A stretch of 64,000 bases of DNA. It comes from Microthyrium microscopicum (taxonomy: Eukaryota). The position numbers were made by a program, and so were the translations under genes. The stretch spans positions 446,576 to 510,575 of the forward strand of contig MU004236.1 of the NCBI GenBank assembly GCA_010405405.1, written 5' to 3'. The notes beneath the pieces were generated by a model that was given only the letters and a program-made list of their open reading frames with translations, was not told where the DNA came from and did no database searches. Each line of letters starts with the position of its first letter. Positions within the stretch are counted from its first letter, which is position 1. Of this stretch, positions 24,933 through 36,905 are shown piece after piece.

Positions 24933-26380
24933 TCATGCCTTTTGTCCAGCGCCCAAAACACTCTCCATGGCCTCCTCTAGTATCCCAACCGCCTCCTCGA
25001 TCTTTGCACCACTAATCGTCAAACTTGGCACAAACCGCAGTGTATTCATACCCGCCGTAATAATCAACAACCCTCTCTCCCTCGCCGCTTTGACAATCGG
25101 CGTTGGATCACCACTCATCTGTAATCCCAAAATCAACCCCCGTCCACGCACCTCCTTTACCTGCTCAGGCCAGCGCTGCTGCAGTCGTGCAAATGATTGA
25201 CGGAAAACGCGCTCTTTCGCTTGCACGCCCTCCAGCATTGTCTTCTCTGCTATCCTTCCAACTATATGATGCGCTACGCGGCAACCAAGTGGGTTCCCGC
25301 CAAACGTTGTGCCGTGGTCGCCAGTTACTACGGCAGAAGCGACTGCTTCGTTGACGATGACGCCGCCGATAGGGAAACCGTTGCCGAGTGCTTTCGCTGT
25401 GGTTATCATATCTGGATGTGCGGTTTTTGGGAGAGTAGCGTGGGCCCAGAATGTTCCTGTGCGGCCGAGACCGCATTGGATTTCATCGTAGATTAGGACG
25501 GCACCGACTTCTCGACAGCGTGCTGCGAGGGCGGTGAGGAATTCTGGGGTTGCGGAGTTTACGCCGCCTTCACCTTGGATGGGCTCGACGAGAACGCCGG
25601 CAGTATGCGGTGTTACGAGCTTCTCAAGCGCGGCAATGTCATTTAGGTGGCCGTGGCGGAAACCTGGGATGAGGGGAGCGAAGGGCGCTTGATACTTTGG
25701 TGTGGGTGTTGCGGATAGAGCGCCGAGTGTGCGGCCGTGGAAACTGTTGTGGAAGGATACGATTTCGATCTTGTCGCCGCCTGGATCGCGGGCTTTGCCT
25801 ACCTTGCGGGCAAATTTTATGGCTGCTTCGTTGGCTTCTGTGCCAGAGTTGCAGATGAAAGCACGAGTAGCATCGTGCATGCCGCCCGTTTCTACAGTGG
25901 TTTCGACTAGCAGGCGGGAGAGAGCACCAATCCAGGGTGTGTGGTATAGGTTGGAGGTGTGCATGAGTGTTTTGCTCTGGTCGTGAATGATCTCGGCGAT
26001 GTCGGGATCACAGTGGCCTAAGGCGTTGACGGCAATGCCGCCAGTCAAGTCGAGGTAGCGACGGTTTTCAGTGTCCCACAGATAGACGCCCTCGCCTCGT
26101 TGGAAGACGGGGAGCGGGCGGACGTAGGTTGCGACCATAAATTTGAGGTTTTCGTGAACGAGGCGGCCGGTTGGGGAGTCTTCGGTGGGGTCGGGGTGTG
26201 TAAGGGCGGTGGTAGTCTGGGTTGGTTAGAAAGGTAATGTCTTGATCTAGGCAATTGACTCACTTCGGCTACTTTGCTGGCGGTGGCAGTGCTGGCATAT
26301 CGACGAGTAGACGCAAGCAGTGAAGATGCATATCTCGCGGATGGCACGCGAAGGCGCATGGAAGCAGTACGGAGAGCCAT
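24933..26380 (-). CDS. ARG8: Acetylornithine aminotransferase, mitochondrial (1 intron ~26218-26263)
   Basis: Class III PLP aminotransferase motifs GIAVNALGH, NSGTEANEAAIKFARK, SFHGRT, EPIQGEGG, DEIQCGLGRTG, AKALGNGFP, HGTTFGGNPL. Arg/Ser-rich presequence. Confidence 0.95.
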
Positions 26381-26473
26381 TGGGACTAGTTGCTAGCGAA
26401 TCGAGGACGGGAATTCCCAATTGTACAATACGAAAGAAAAGAAGAAAGAAAGGCTATCAAGACTGTAAAAAAG

Positions 26474-26479
26474 GAGTCA
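26474..26479 (-). promoter_or_regulatory. Gcn4/CpcA response element (TGACTC) upstream of ARG8
   Basis: GAGTCA on + (TGACTC on -), ~95 bp upstream of the ARG8 ATG. A second TGACTC lies near 26692. Confidence 0.5.
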
Positions 26480-27149
26480 TAGCATGTTTATATGGGGGGC
26501 ATGGACAATGCATGGAGCGGATGCAGAATGGAGGATGATGTATGACACAAAATAAAAATTTGGTTGAAAAATTGAAATTTGAGTTGTTCTCCCCTCCCTG
26601 CCCCTGTTGCCCCACTCTACTTTGTAAACAATGGAAAAATAGTCCGAGCCATCTGATATATACTGAGTCGTAGATGATTAGCCTACGATTTTGACTCTGG
26701 CAGTGAATATGTGATCAGTTGGAACATTTTCAATCCATTCGCAATTGTCATTGAGGACCATATTGTTGCCATACTCTAGCAAGCCTAGCGCTCGGTGTAC
26801 TATGTATTTTGATCCACAAACAGAGAAATCAGGTCAGCTAGAGTTGAACAGATGAGAAAGAATAAAATCCGACGTAGATGCCATGATAAGTAGAAGAAAA
26901 GCTCAAGTCGACATGAGAAAGAAGTTCTCCAACATTTGATCTGGACTCTGATATGGCGCTAGTCGAGTTGACGCGCGCCTAGCTTCATGGCAGGCAGCCC
27001 ACCAACACGCGGCTGCTCAACCTTCGTTGAAGTTCGACGGTCATCATCGAGAGCTTCTACTTTGCCATTCACCTCTCCAAGAAGCTTCATCTATCCCATA
27101 ATCCTCTCCTCGCCTGCCACCAGTCCCTCTCGTCTAGAAGCGCTTCATC

Positions 27150-28191
27150 ATGGCCGATCGATACTCCTTCAGTTTAACGACCTTCTCCCCTAGGTCCGTA
27201 ACCAGCTCACTGCTATTTGGAGCTCTAAACTAACCAATCTCAGTGGAAAGCTTGTGCAAATAGGTAAATCACAGCGACATTATAACAGTGCGCCATTAGT
27301 TTGCTCACCATCTAATAGAGTACGCCCTCAATGCCGTCAACAATGGTGTCACCGCCCTTGGAATCAAAGGTTTGCTCAATCCTCTTCGATCCAAGCTTGG
27401 CCTTGCTAACTCTATACCCAGCAACCAACGGCATCGTACTAGCAACCGAGAAAAAATCATCCTCTCCCCTAATAGAACCTCACTCGTCCAGCAAAGTCGC
27501 CCTCATCACTCCCAACATCGGCATGGTCTACTCCGGCATGGGCCCCGACTACCGCGTCCTCGTTGACCGTGCCCGCAAAGTCTCCCACACCGGCTACAAG
27601 CGCGTCTACAACGAATACCCACCCACAAGAATATTAGTCCAAGACGTCGCTCAGGTCATGCAAGCCGCCACACAATCCGGAGGTGTGCGCCCATACGGTG
27701 TCAGCTTGTTGATTGCTGGCTGGGACGACGGTATTCTACCTGAGGAGGAGCTTGAGGTTGAGGTAGAGGGCGAGAAGAAGAAGATCTCTGGCAAAACGGG
27801 CGGAATTCTCAAGGGTGGACCAAGTTTGTATCAGGTCGATCCTAGTGGTAGCTATTTCCCGTGGAAGGCAACGGCTATCGGCAAGAGTGCGACTAGTGCC
27901 AAAACCTTCTTGGAGAAGCGGTACACGGAGGGTCTAGAGTTGGAAGATGCGATTCATATTGCGTTGTTGACTTTAAAGGAGACGATTGAGGGTGAGATGA
28001 ACGGAGATACCGTCGAAATTGGTAACTTATGATGTTTCGGAGTTTAACATGCAGCAACTAACATTGTTATAGGTATTGTTGGTCCACCAGAGGATGGTCT
28101 GCTTGGTTATGAAGGAGTAGAGGGAGCCAAGGGACCTAGATTCAGAGTGTTGAGCCCACAGGAAGTCGAGGATTATCTAACAAGTCTTTAG
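27150..28191 (+). CDS. PRE8: 20S proteasome subunit alpha-2 (4 introns, including a 20-nt micro-exon)
   Basis: Spliced [75 protein letters not shown]. Confidence 0.96.
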
Positions 28192-28910
28192 TAGCATAAT
28201 ACAGTGGCTGTTCTGTTACTATGAAGCATATAATCTATAAAACTGCCAAAAGCTATAACATAATTGCCTTGTATTCATGCGACTCCAATTTCACACGGTA
28301 ACAACGGAAAAGAATACAGCGCCCGACTTACGAGACATGAAGATTATTGCAATTGCTTCTCTAGGTATCGACCACCACCATTTCTAACTTCCACCAGACA
28401 GCCTCAGCACGCTCACGAAAGGTATACTCCCTGAACTGATTTATTCTTGATGATTGACTACACTGTTACCGATATTTACTCCCAGAAAATAAATACATAG
28501 ACTGGGTAACTTTTTTTGCGCGTACACTCTTCAAATGTTCTATAACTTTGAAGGTGACCTCAAACTGTCAGCAATTGAACAAGATGAGAGACCCCTGCAC
28601 CATCCTTGCTTCCCATGATCTTGAGCTTTAACAGCTGGCAACATTGAAACTACATCTGAACTATCAACCTACATTATTTACCAATACCGAAGTGAACTAC
28701 GTAGCAATCTTGATTATTTACTGGGGACAAGGCAAAACCATTCACTTCAATCTGGCCACATCTCCAACAACTCAGCAACGCATCACGCGGTTAGCCGGAC
28801 GACTCCGTTTCTAGATCATTCCATTCCTAGGCATCTACGAAGCTCCTTAACCACCAGCATATTTGATATCAACATATCAAGCTTACTCTAAGTCTACAGA
28901 GTTTTGCGCC

Positions 28911-30008
28911 ATGGACGATTCCACCTCAACTGGACGAATGCCTGGAGAATGGGAATGGCCAGACTTCATACGTCAACGACGACAAGACCCTACGCCGGAC
29001 ACCCCAACTCCACCTCCAACATCATCATCCGCCCATCAACCATCAGATCCGCCACCATCAACGACATCAAATTCACCACCATCAACAAGTTCAGATCCAC
29101 CGCCATCATCAAGTAGACCCGGGAGTAAACCGCGAACATGGCGACCTCGACAATGCCGCATCTGTCTTGATACTGTTCTCCCAACTTTTCATCCACCAGC
29201 AGATAATGTCCCTGGTTTCATGCAAGGCTCGCCCAGAGTCAGCTATGAAGATGAAAGCGGCAGGTTAATATCGCCGTGTAAATGCCGTGGATCGAGCAGA
29301 TATGTGCATGAAAACTGTCTCCAGCAATGGCGCTTGTCAAATCCTCAAAGCACAAGGGTAAGTCTGAGTGCACCGGTTAAAGGGAAGAGCTAATATGTGG
29401 TTAGAATTACTTTGAGTGTCCAACTTGTAAATATAAATATCGCCTTGGACGATTAGGTTGGAGCAATATGATCACAAGCATCGGTAAGATTCCAACAAAT
29501 TATCTAAAACCAACAGCTGATCCATCTAGGCTCTCAAATTGCTTTAACAGTCCTCATATTTCTCACCGTCATTTTCATCCTAGGATTCGTGGCAGACTCC
29601 ATCATAGACTTCTGTCTTGACCCCTGGGGTTCCATCTGGCGCGGCATCACATTCCAAAGCTACAGATATGCACAAGACAACTACTACTACGACGATGATT
29701 TAGACTCCACCTGGCTGGAGCACTTTGGTCGAGGCTTCGCATCGCTCGGTCTGCTAAGTTTCTTTAAAGCTGCGCTTGCCTCGCCGATTCAGTTCTGGTT
29801 CCGGACGGCTAATATGGGCGGCCGACGGAATGCGGGACGAGATCGGTTGGGTGGTGTTACTTGGCTGGTTATATTGATTGGCGCTTTTACGTTCATGCTG
29901 GCTGTGTGGAAGGGTGTGAGCTATTGGAGTCGGAGGATATTGGAGAGAGCTGGGGCGGGAATTGCAGATGTGCAGAATGTTGATGATGGTGATGATGAGG
30001 ATGATTGA
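28911..30008 (+). CDS. RING-CH (MARCH/RINGv) membrane E3 ubiquitin ligase (2 introns)
   Basis: CRIC..PCKCRGSSRYVHENCLQQW..ECPTC (C4HC3), followed by three hydrophobic segments. Confidence 0.88.
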
Positions 30009-31373
30009 TGGAGGGTGTCTGCTTTTTTCTTGATATCTGCATGTATATTCTAGCGGTCCCTTGTATAACATCAACTAGCATTTCGTTTCTTGAATGCATT
30101 GTATTGTCCAAGGATACCGGATCTGCCGATCTGGATTGCTTCTTCCCCTCTTTTTTCGTTGATATATGCAAGTATTTTCTAGGATTACCAGTCCATCGCT
30201 ACATGATTAGATTTTGTTTCCAAGCTGCATCCAATTGTCCTAGGATAATCACCGATCTGGGGTTCACTGCTTTGCTTATTTTATATCCATTAATTGGGCT
30301 GACCAGATTTCTGGATATTGTTTCCGAGTCGCCAAAAGCATTCTTTCAATATTTGCCAGGGTTTAGGCGACATTGCTTTCTAAAGATCCATCAGCCTCAA
30401 CAGTCAGCCTTTGTGACGCGTAAAAATTCACAGAGTATGGTCCCCTTTTCGTGGATCAAAGCGACGACAGTGGCGGCAATTAGCGCGTGAAGTTGTGACA
30501 AGCCAACGACAAGGTTGAACAAGCCCACCAAAGCTGCCGAGCCATTCTGGAGGGTCGGCAGCTGAAATCTTTAATAAGCTAAAGTTTGATAACCCCTTCG
30601 GCGTTTTATAAAGCTTACCAAACAACTTTGAGCTTGTGATAGCAAATGTTACTTATCAAGGAATAGCTAATCTACTTTCGATCTACTTCCCGTTAGGAGA
30701 ATATACGGAACTTAAGGAACCAAGTAGTTTTGAGGCTTAAATCTATTATATAGCGCTAATGGATTACGTTAGCGCTATATAAGTACCATTGTTTTTTGAG
30801 TAACACCTTACCTGTTCAGGCGACGGATCAGGTTCTTATTATTACGGATCCGGGTTGCCGACCCTCCAGATTGATTTCTGCTAACCTTGGTGCCACGCAA
30901 TGAGAAGTTGGATCAAAGTGGAAATGGGCCCCTGACCTTTCTTCCAGTTCTTGGGCCAACTTGGGCATGTCGGGCTTTTTAAATCATTCTGACCCTGGAC
31001 GGCTTCTTGAATGTTGCTGGGGTTGTTGTTTGGATCTGATGCAGGCAATGCAGGCTTGAAGAACGCGGAGGAAAAAGGCTCACAAGTGTCAAGCTCCCCA
31101 TGTCCATTGTTCATTTGGGTCATCCGTACTGTATGGCCTGAATCCTACTCTCAGACTCTCAGTCTTGCCAAATGCCAAACAGGACACAATCGGTACCTCC
31201 CCCTGGATTCTGATCCTGATCGCGTCTCTGCAACCCCATAATCCATATACGCATGCGCATACAGCATCTCGAATGTACAATACCACCCAGCATACATGAC
31301 TACATACTTGTCATAACTTGCAGCAGATCTTCCCAGGTTTCGCGCGTCAAAAATCAATGGCGATTCCGTAACC

Positions 31374-33740
31374 ATGAACTCCTTTGCCAGTAGTTCACAT
31401 CTTCCCCACTCCACTTCCCATCACCAGCTCAATGCTGCCCTAGAAACCCCCAGCTCCGCATATCAACAACAACATCTACAACAAACAAACACTCGATCTC
31501 CTAAACCGCCAACGCTTCCTATCCGAGCCATTCGCTCAAATGGCAACCTCAACGGTGGCTCCAGTACTAGAGGAAGCGTGTCGCCAGTCACCGACAAGGC
31601 AACAACACCAGATGGCCCCGAGGCAGCAGAAGATGGCAAGATAATAGTAGGCGTCGATTTTGGCACAACGTACAGCGGGGTCGCGGCCGTCTACAGCGGC
31701 ACACCAGATGAGATTGAAGTCATAAAGTCGTAAGTACTCTAGCCCTTCCCAATCCCAACCAAACCCACAAAAGTCATACATCTCAGCCTTATCACACCAA
31801 AAATACCAGCTAACACTTCGACTTACTACAGCTGGCCAGGCGGCAACGGCATAACCTCCGACAAAGTCCCCACAGAAATCGGCTACACAACCGCCCCAGG
31901 TTCCTCCCCCGACGACCCCTTCGCGCCCAAAACCATAAAATGGGGCTTCCAATTCAAGCCCGACGAGCCCCGTCTCCGCTGCATAAAGCTCTTCCTCGAC
32001 CACAACCAGAAACTGCCACACTTCGTCTCGCCCCTCGAAACCGCCGCCCAGCTACAAAAATGCGGCAAAACCGTCATGGATGCCGTGTCAGACTATCTGA
32101 CCGCGCTATACGGACACACGATGGAGACGTTGACGCGCCGATATGGCGAGAGTTTTATGGCGAGGACAAAGGTGGAGTTTGTGCTGACGGTGCCGGCGGT
32201 GTGGAGCGATAGTGCGAAGAATGCGACGTTGATGGCGGCGGAGCGGGCGGGCATGGGGAGTAGGGAGGGCTTGAAGCTGATTAGTGAGCCGGAGGCGGCG
32301 GCGGTGTATACGCTCAAGGCGATTCAGCCGAATCATTTGAGTATTGGGGATAATTTTATTGTTTGTGATGCGGGTATGTTTTCCACTCTTTCCTAGGGGA
32401 ATTAGTTGACTAATGTGTGGTGGTGTAGGTGGTGGTACAGTCGATCTTATTGCCTACAAGGTGGTGGCTTTGGGTCCGTTGAAGGTGGAAGAGTCGGCGG
32501 TGGGCACGGGTGGGCTTTGTGGGTCGGCGTTTTTGAATTATCGGTTCGAGGATCATGTTAAGACGAGGATTGGGGAGGCGATTTATAAGAATATGCGCGA
32601 GAATAAGGCGAAGACGTGGAATATGGGGCTCAAGTACTTTGAGGAGTTTGTGAAGCGGAATTTCAATGATGATGAGGAGGATCAGGAGATGAATGTGCCG
32701 TTTCCTGGTTTACCGGATAACGAGGAAGCGGGCTTGGATTGCGGCTTCTTGACTATGAATAAGGCGCAGGTCAAGAGCATTGTAGATCCGGTGGTTCAAG
32801 AAGTCATTGATCTGGTTGAAGGCCAAGTCGACTGTATCAGAGAGCGAGGCGGTCTCGTCTCTGGTATAATACTCGTCGGCGGCTTTGGACAAAGCAACTA
32901 CATGGTTTGCACGAATCAACCCATATCATCAAATAAGTACTAACTACGAGGCAGTACAAACAGATGAAAGCACACTTTAATACCGAGGGCCCGCCTCCAT
33001 ATACATCTAATCCCACCCACGCCGTACTAAGCCACCAAACTCAGGCCATCGAAGTTATGCACCCGTACGTATCAAGACAATGATCATCAACATAGCCGAA
33101 CTGACTACTGTATAGCATGTATGCCTGGACAGCCGTCGTCCGAGGAGCTGTGATCCGCGGCCTCGAAGGCGACCTCGTTATATCTCGTCGCGCACGTATG
33201 CACTACGGCACTTCATACGCTACCATCTTCGACGAGACGAAACACCCGCTCAAAGACCGCTACTGGAGTCCTCTCTGGGAGCGCTGGATGGTCGCTGACC
33301 GTATGCACTGGCATTGGCCCAAGGTACACCCACCCCTGTAACCCCATCACCCATTCTCCCTTCCCACTCCATCCCTATCAATATACCCCCAACTAACCCA
33401 ACCTCAGGGCGCAGAAATCACCGAATCAAAACCCATATCCTTCCACTACACACGAAACTTCCGACCCGGCCAATCCCTCGTCGTCGAAGACGACCTCTTC
33501 GCATGCGTCGACGATGACGCGCCAGACGCCTACTCCAAAGACCTCATTCACGTGTGCACGCTCACCACAGACCTGAGCGTTGTGCCCAAGAGCCTGTTCA
33601 CACGGCTGACGACGACGAAGGGGTATGAGTTTGATAATTTGGATTTTTCGCTAGATATGCGGGTTCATTCTGCGGGGTTGGATTTTAGTTTGAAGGTGGA
33701 TGGGGTGGAGTATGCGGCTGTGCAGGCAAAGTTTCATTAG
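31374..33740 (+). CDS. Hsp70-like (HSPA12-type) actin-fold ATPase, multi-intron
   Basis: IVGVDFGTTYSGVA, WPGG..DKVPTEI, VLTVPAVWSD, ISEPEAAA, VCDAGGGTVDL, ILVGGFGQS, AWTAVVRGA. Confidence 0.9.
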
Positions 33741-34614
33741 GGGCTGGGAGGTTGGATGGGAGGATTGCGGTGTGTAGAGGTGGACGTCTTGGGAAATGTA
33801 TAATTTCTGGTATGAGGTGTATGAATGGGATTTTGGATGGTGTATTACTGGTCTGGGATTGGATAGGATAGGGAATGGTTCGATGGGCTCGGAACTGGAC
33901 TGTCTGCATATAATAGGACTTTTTGAGAATATATATATATATGAGTTGTTGGGCGTGTTGGAGATGATTGAAACGAGACCTTGATATTATGGTTTATCGT
34001 TCTACTCCTGGCCGATATTATACTACTAGTATATTATACTGTTGAGACTTCGATTTTGGATGTATTATCATACATGGCGTATTGAAGAAGCCGCTCATTC
34101 GTATCAAGAGCTTATGGACGGAGATGAGTATATCAATAATTCAATAGCGAGTTCCAGTTGTCTCTTCACATGTGATCTTGGTAACCATCCACGCCTCCAT
34201 GGCTGTGTGATACATACGAAACACATCTCGGTATCAAACAGAAAGGGAGTCCCAGACATGTCGAATTCTTTTGTTTACGAACGTTCAATACAGACGTTCA
34301 ATAGACGTTCAATACTACTATGGAAGTTGCCGCTAGCCAAACCTTGTATCAACCGGGGTGACATCACATCACACCTGCATTCGACTCGTTGTGAACTTGT
34401 GATCGACACCACTCCCCACTTTACCAACAACCGATGATAAGAGCGTAGCAATGCGTTAGCAACCGTTGAACAACCTCTTGTGTGTCATCACTTGCGGGGT
34501 GGTTATCTCCCAATGGTTGACAAAATCTCGACACTGGGAACATTAATATGGAGTAAATCTCACGCACTATTTGATACATTCAATCCTAAAGTCAGCTATC
34601 AACAACTCCCAACG

Positions 34615-36494
34615 ATGCCAGATCTTGAAAAAGCCGATAAGGAATTCCTTCCAGGCACAGATATCCCCAAATCTGAACTCGAAAAAGGAAATCTAGCACC
34701 AGACCAAATTCTCAAACATTCTCATGATGCGGATGCCGCGCTCGCTGCTTTCGCCAGCTATCAAGGACAAGTGATTGAAATCGATGAGGCGACAAATAAG
34801 AGACTATTGAGAAAGATCGACTGGAATCTTATGCCTGTACGTTATAAGTTTAGAGTTACGAACACTGGTTCTAACAACGTAATAGTTGATGTGTATAATA
34901 TACGGTCTCAACTATCTAGATAAAACCACTCTGAGCTATGCCTCAATAATGGGTCTCTCTCTTCCCCAATCCCAAGGCGGAATCAATCTCCAAGGTAGCA
35001 ACTACAATTGGCTAGGAAGTATGTTCTACTTTGGCTATCTCGCTTGGGAATGGCCCACCAACCGATTCCTCCAGGCCTTACCATTGGGAAAATACAGCGC
35101 ATTCAACATCATCCTCTGGGGAACCTGTCTTTCCTGTTTCGCAGCCGTCAAGAACTTTGGAGGCGCAGTAGCCGTCCGCTTCTTCTTGGGTGTCTTCGAA
35201 GCAGCTGTGACGCCCGGGTTTGCTCTCTTTACTTCCCAGTGGTATACGAAAGCAGAACAAGGAGCTAGAACGGGTATCTGGTTCAGTTTCAATGGTGTTG
35301 CGCAGATAATAGGAGGACTAGTCGCTTATGGTATAGCAAAGGGATGCGCTGATGGTAGCTGTGCGCTTGTACCTTGGAAAATTATCTTTCTCGTCACTGG
35401 ATTGCTGACTGTTTGCATGGGAATCCTATTTCTCTTTTTCATGCCGGACAATCAGATGAATGCTCGATTCTTGAGCAAAGAGGATCGCATTCTTGCTATT
35501 GAACGAATTCGAGTCAACCAGCAAGGTGTTGGTAATAAGCATTGGAAGCTATATCAGTTGAAAGAAGCTCTTATGGATCCTATGACATGGGCATTTTTTT
35601 TCTATGCTTTGGTTGCAGATATACCAAATGGTCTGTTATACTTCATCTTGTGTGAGTTGATTGTACATTGACTGACATGTTTTAGGCGGCATTTCCAATT
35701 TCTTTTCTCTTCTCATCAAATCTTTCGGCTACACACCACTCCAGTCACTGCTTTACGGCACACCAGGTGGAGCTGTAGAGATCATAGCCTTGATCACCTG
35801 TGGAATACTAGGAGATCGCTACAAGAACAGGATACTTATCTCATGTTCTGGTCTTATTGTGGCCATTCTGGGTATGGCACTTATCGTCGGCCTTTCAGCC
35901 AACCATAATGGTGGCCGGCTAGCTGGATACTGGTTGACTCAAGCATCGCCGACGCCATTTGTTGCTTTACTTAGCTTGATATCAACGAATATCGCCGGAT
36001 ACACGAAGAAGACAACAGTCGCAGCTTTGTATCTAATCGGGTACTGCGCTGGTGAGTTGAAGGCTTACCCATGAATCCTTTTCACTCTCTAACATATTAC
36101 CTAGGAAACATCATTGGTCCACAGGCATTCAAGACTGGTAATTATAGACCGGCAGAAATAACCATATTGGTACGTCTCTCGGGATTTCAGCTTGGGACAG
36201 AAATAGGACGATATCTAACGATGTATAGGTATGCTGGAGTGTATGCCTACTAGATTTGGTGTTCATCCATGCTCTCTGTCGCTATCGAAACAAGCGTAAG
36301 GCAGCGATCAGAGCGGCACCTGGCTATACAAAGCTCGAGAATCAAGAGTAAGCTTTTCCACAAAAGAGGATTTACTGTATACTAACTATCTCAGGTGGCT
36401 TGACTTGACCGATATTGAAAATCCAGGTAAGTGGACCTCTGCTCATGAACGTAGTCAAGCTGACCAGATGATAGAATTTATTTATTCACTCTAA
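34615..36494 (+). CDS. MFS allantoate/ureidosuccinate permease (DAL5-like, ACS family), multi-intron
   Basis: RLLRKIDWNLMP, NYLDKTTLSYASIMG, WLGSMFYFGYL, RFFLGVFEA, WYTKAEQGARTGIW, NIAGYTKK, GNIIGPQ, DLTDIENP-EFIYSL. Confidence 0.9.
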
Positions 36495-36905
36495 TGTAAT
36501 GGTAAATTTATGAAGCTACGTTACTATACGGTGGTCACAACAGTATCACATGTAGATATACGAATATAAATCTTCATCGTTCAACGCACGCCATGCCGGC
36601 GCAATCCATTCATTAAACAAAGGAAGCTAATCCGATCCGCTTGGACGCAAAATCCCAAGTCCCAAATACCATTTATAATACCAGTCCCGCAGGACAGACC
36701 GGAGGAGCACTTCAATCGGTCTGCCTGTCTATCCAGAATGTGAATTTGCCAAAAACCCAAAGAACCCCCTAGCCTGTCTAATAAGGTGTTGACAAAGTAA
36801 TAAAGATAAAATAACCCCTTTTTCTCCTTTTAGCTGCGCTTCACTCTGCTTGAATGTAATGATGAAGTCCGAATCCTGTCGGTCGTAATAGTAGTAGTGT
36901 GTATA

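Noticed and set aside
30005..30800. 161-codon ORF and AT-rich tract suggesting a TE remnant
   Set aside because: No transposase or RT motifs, TIRs or LTRs recognised. Likely 3' UTR and intergenic DNA.
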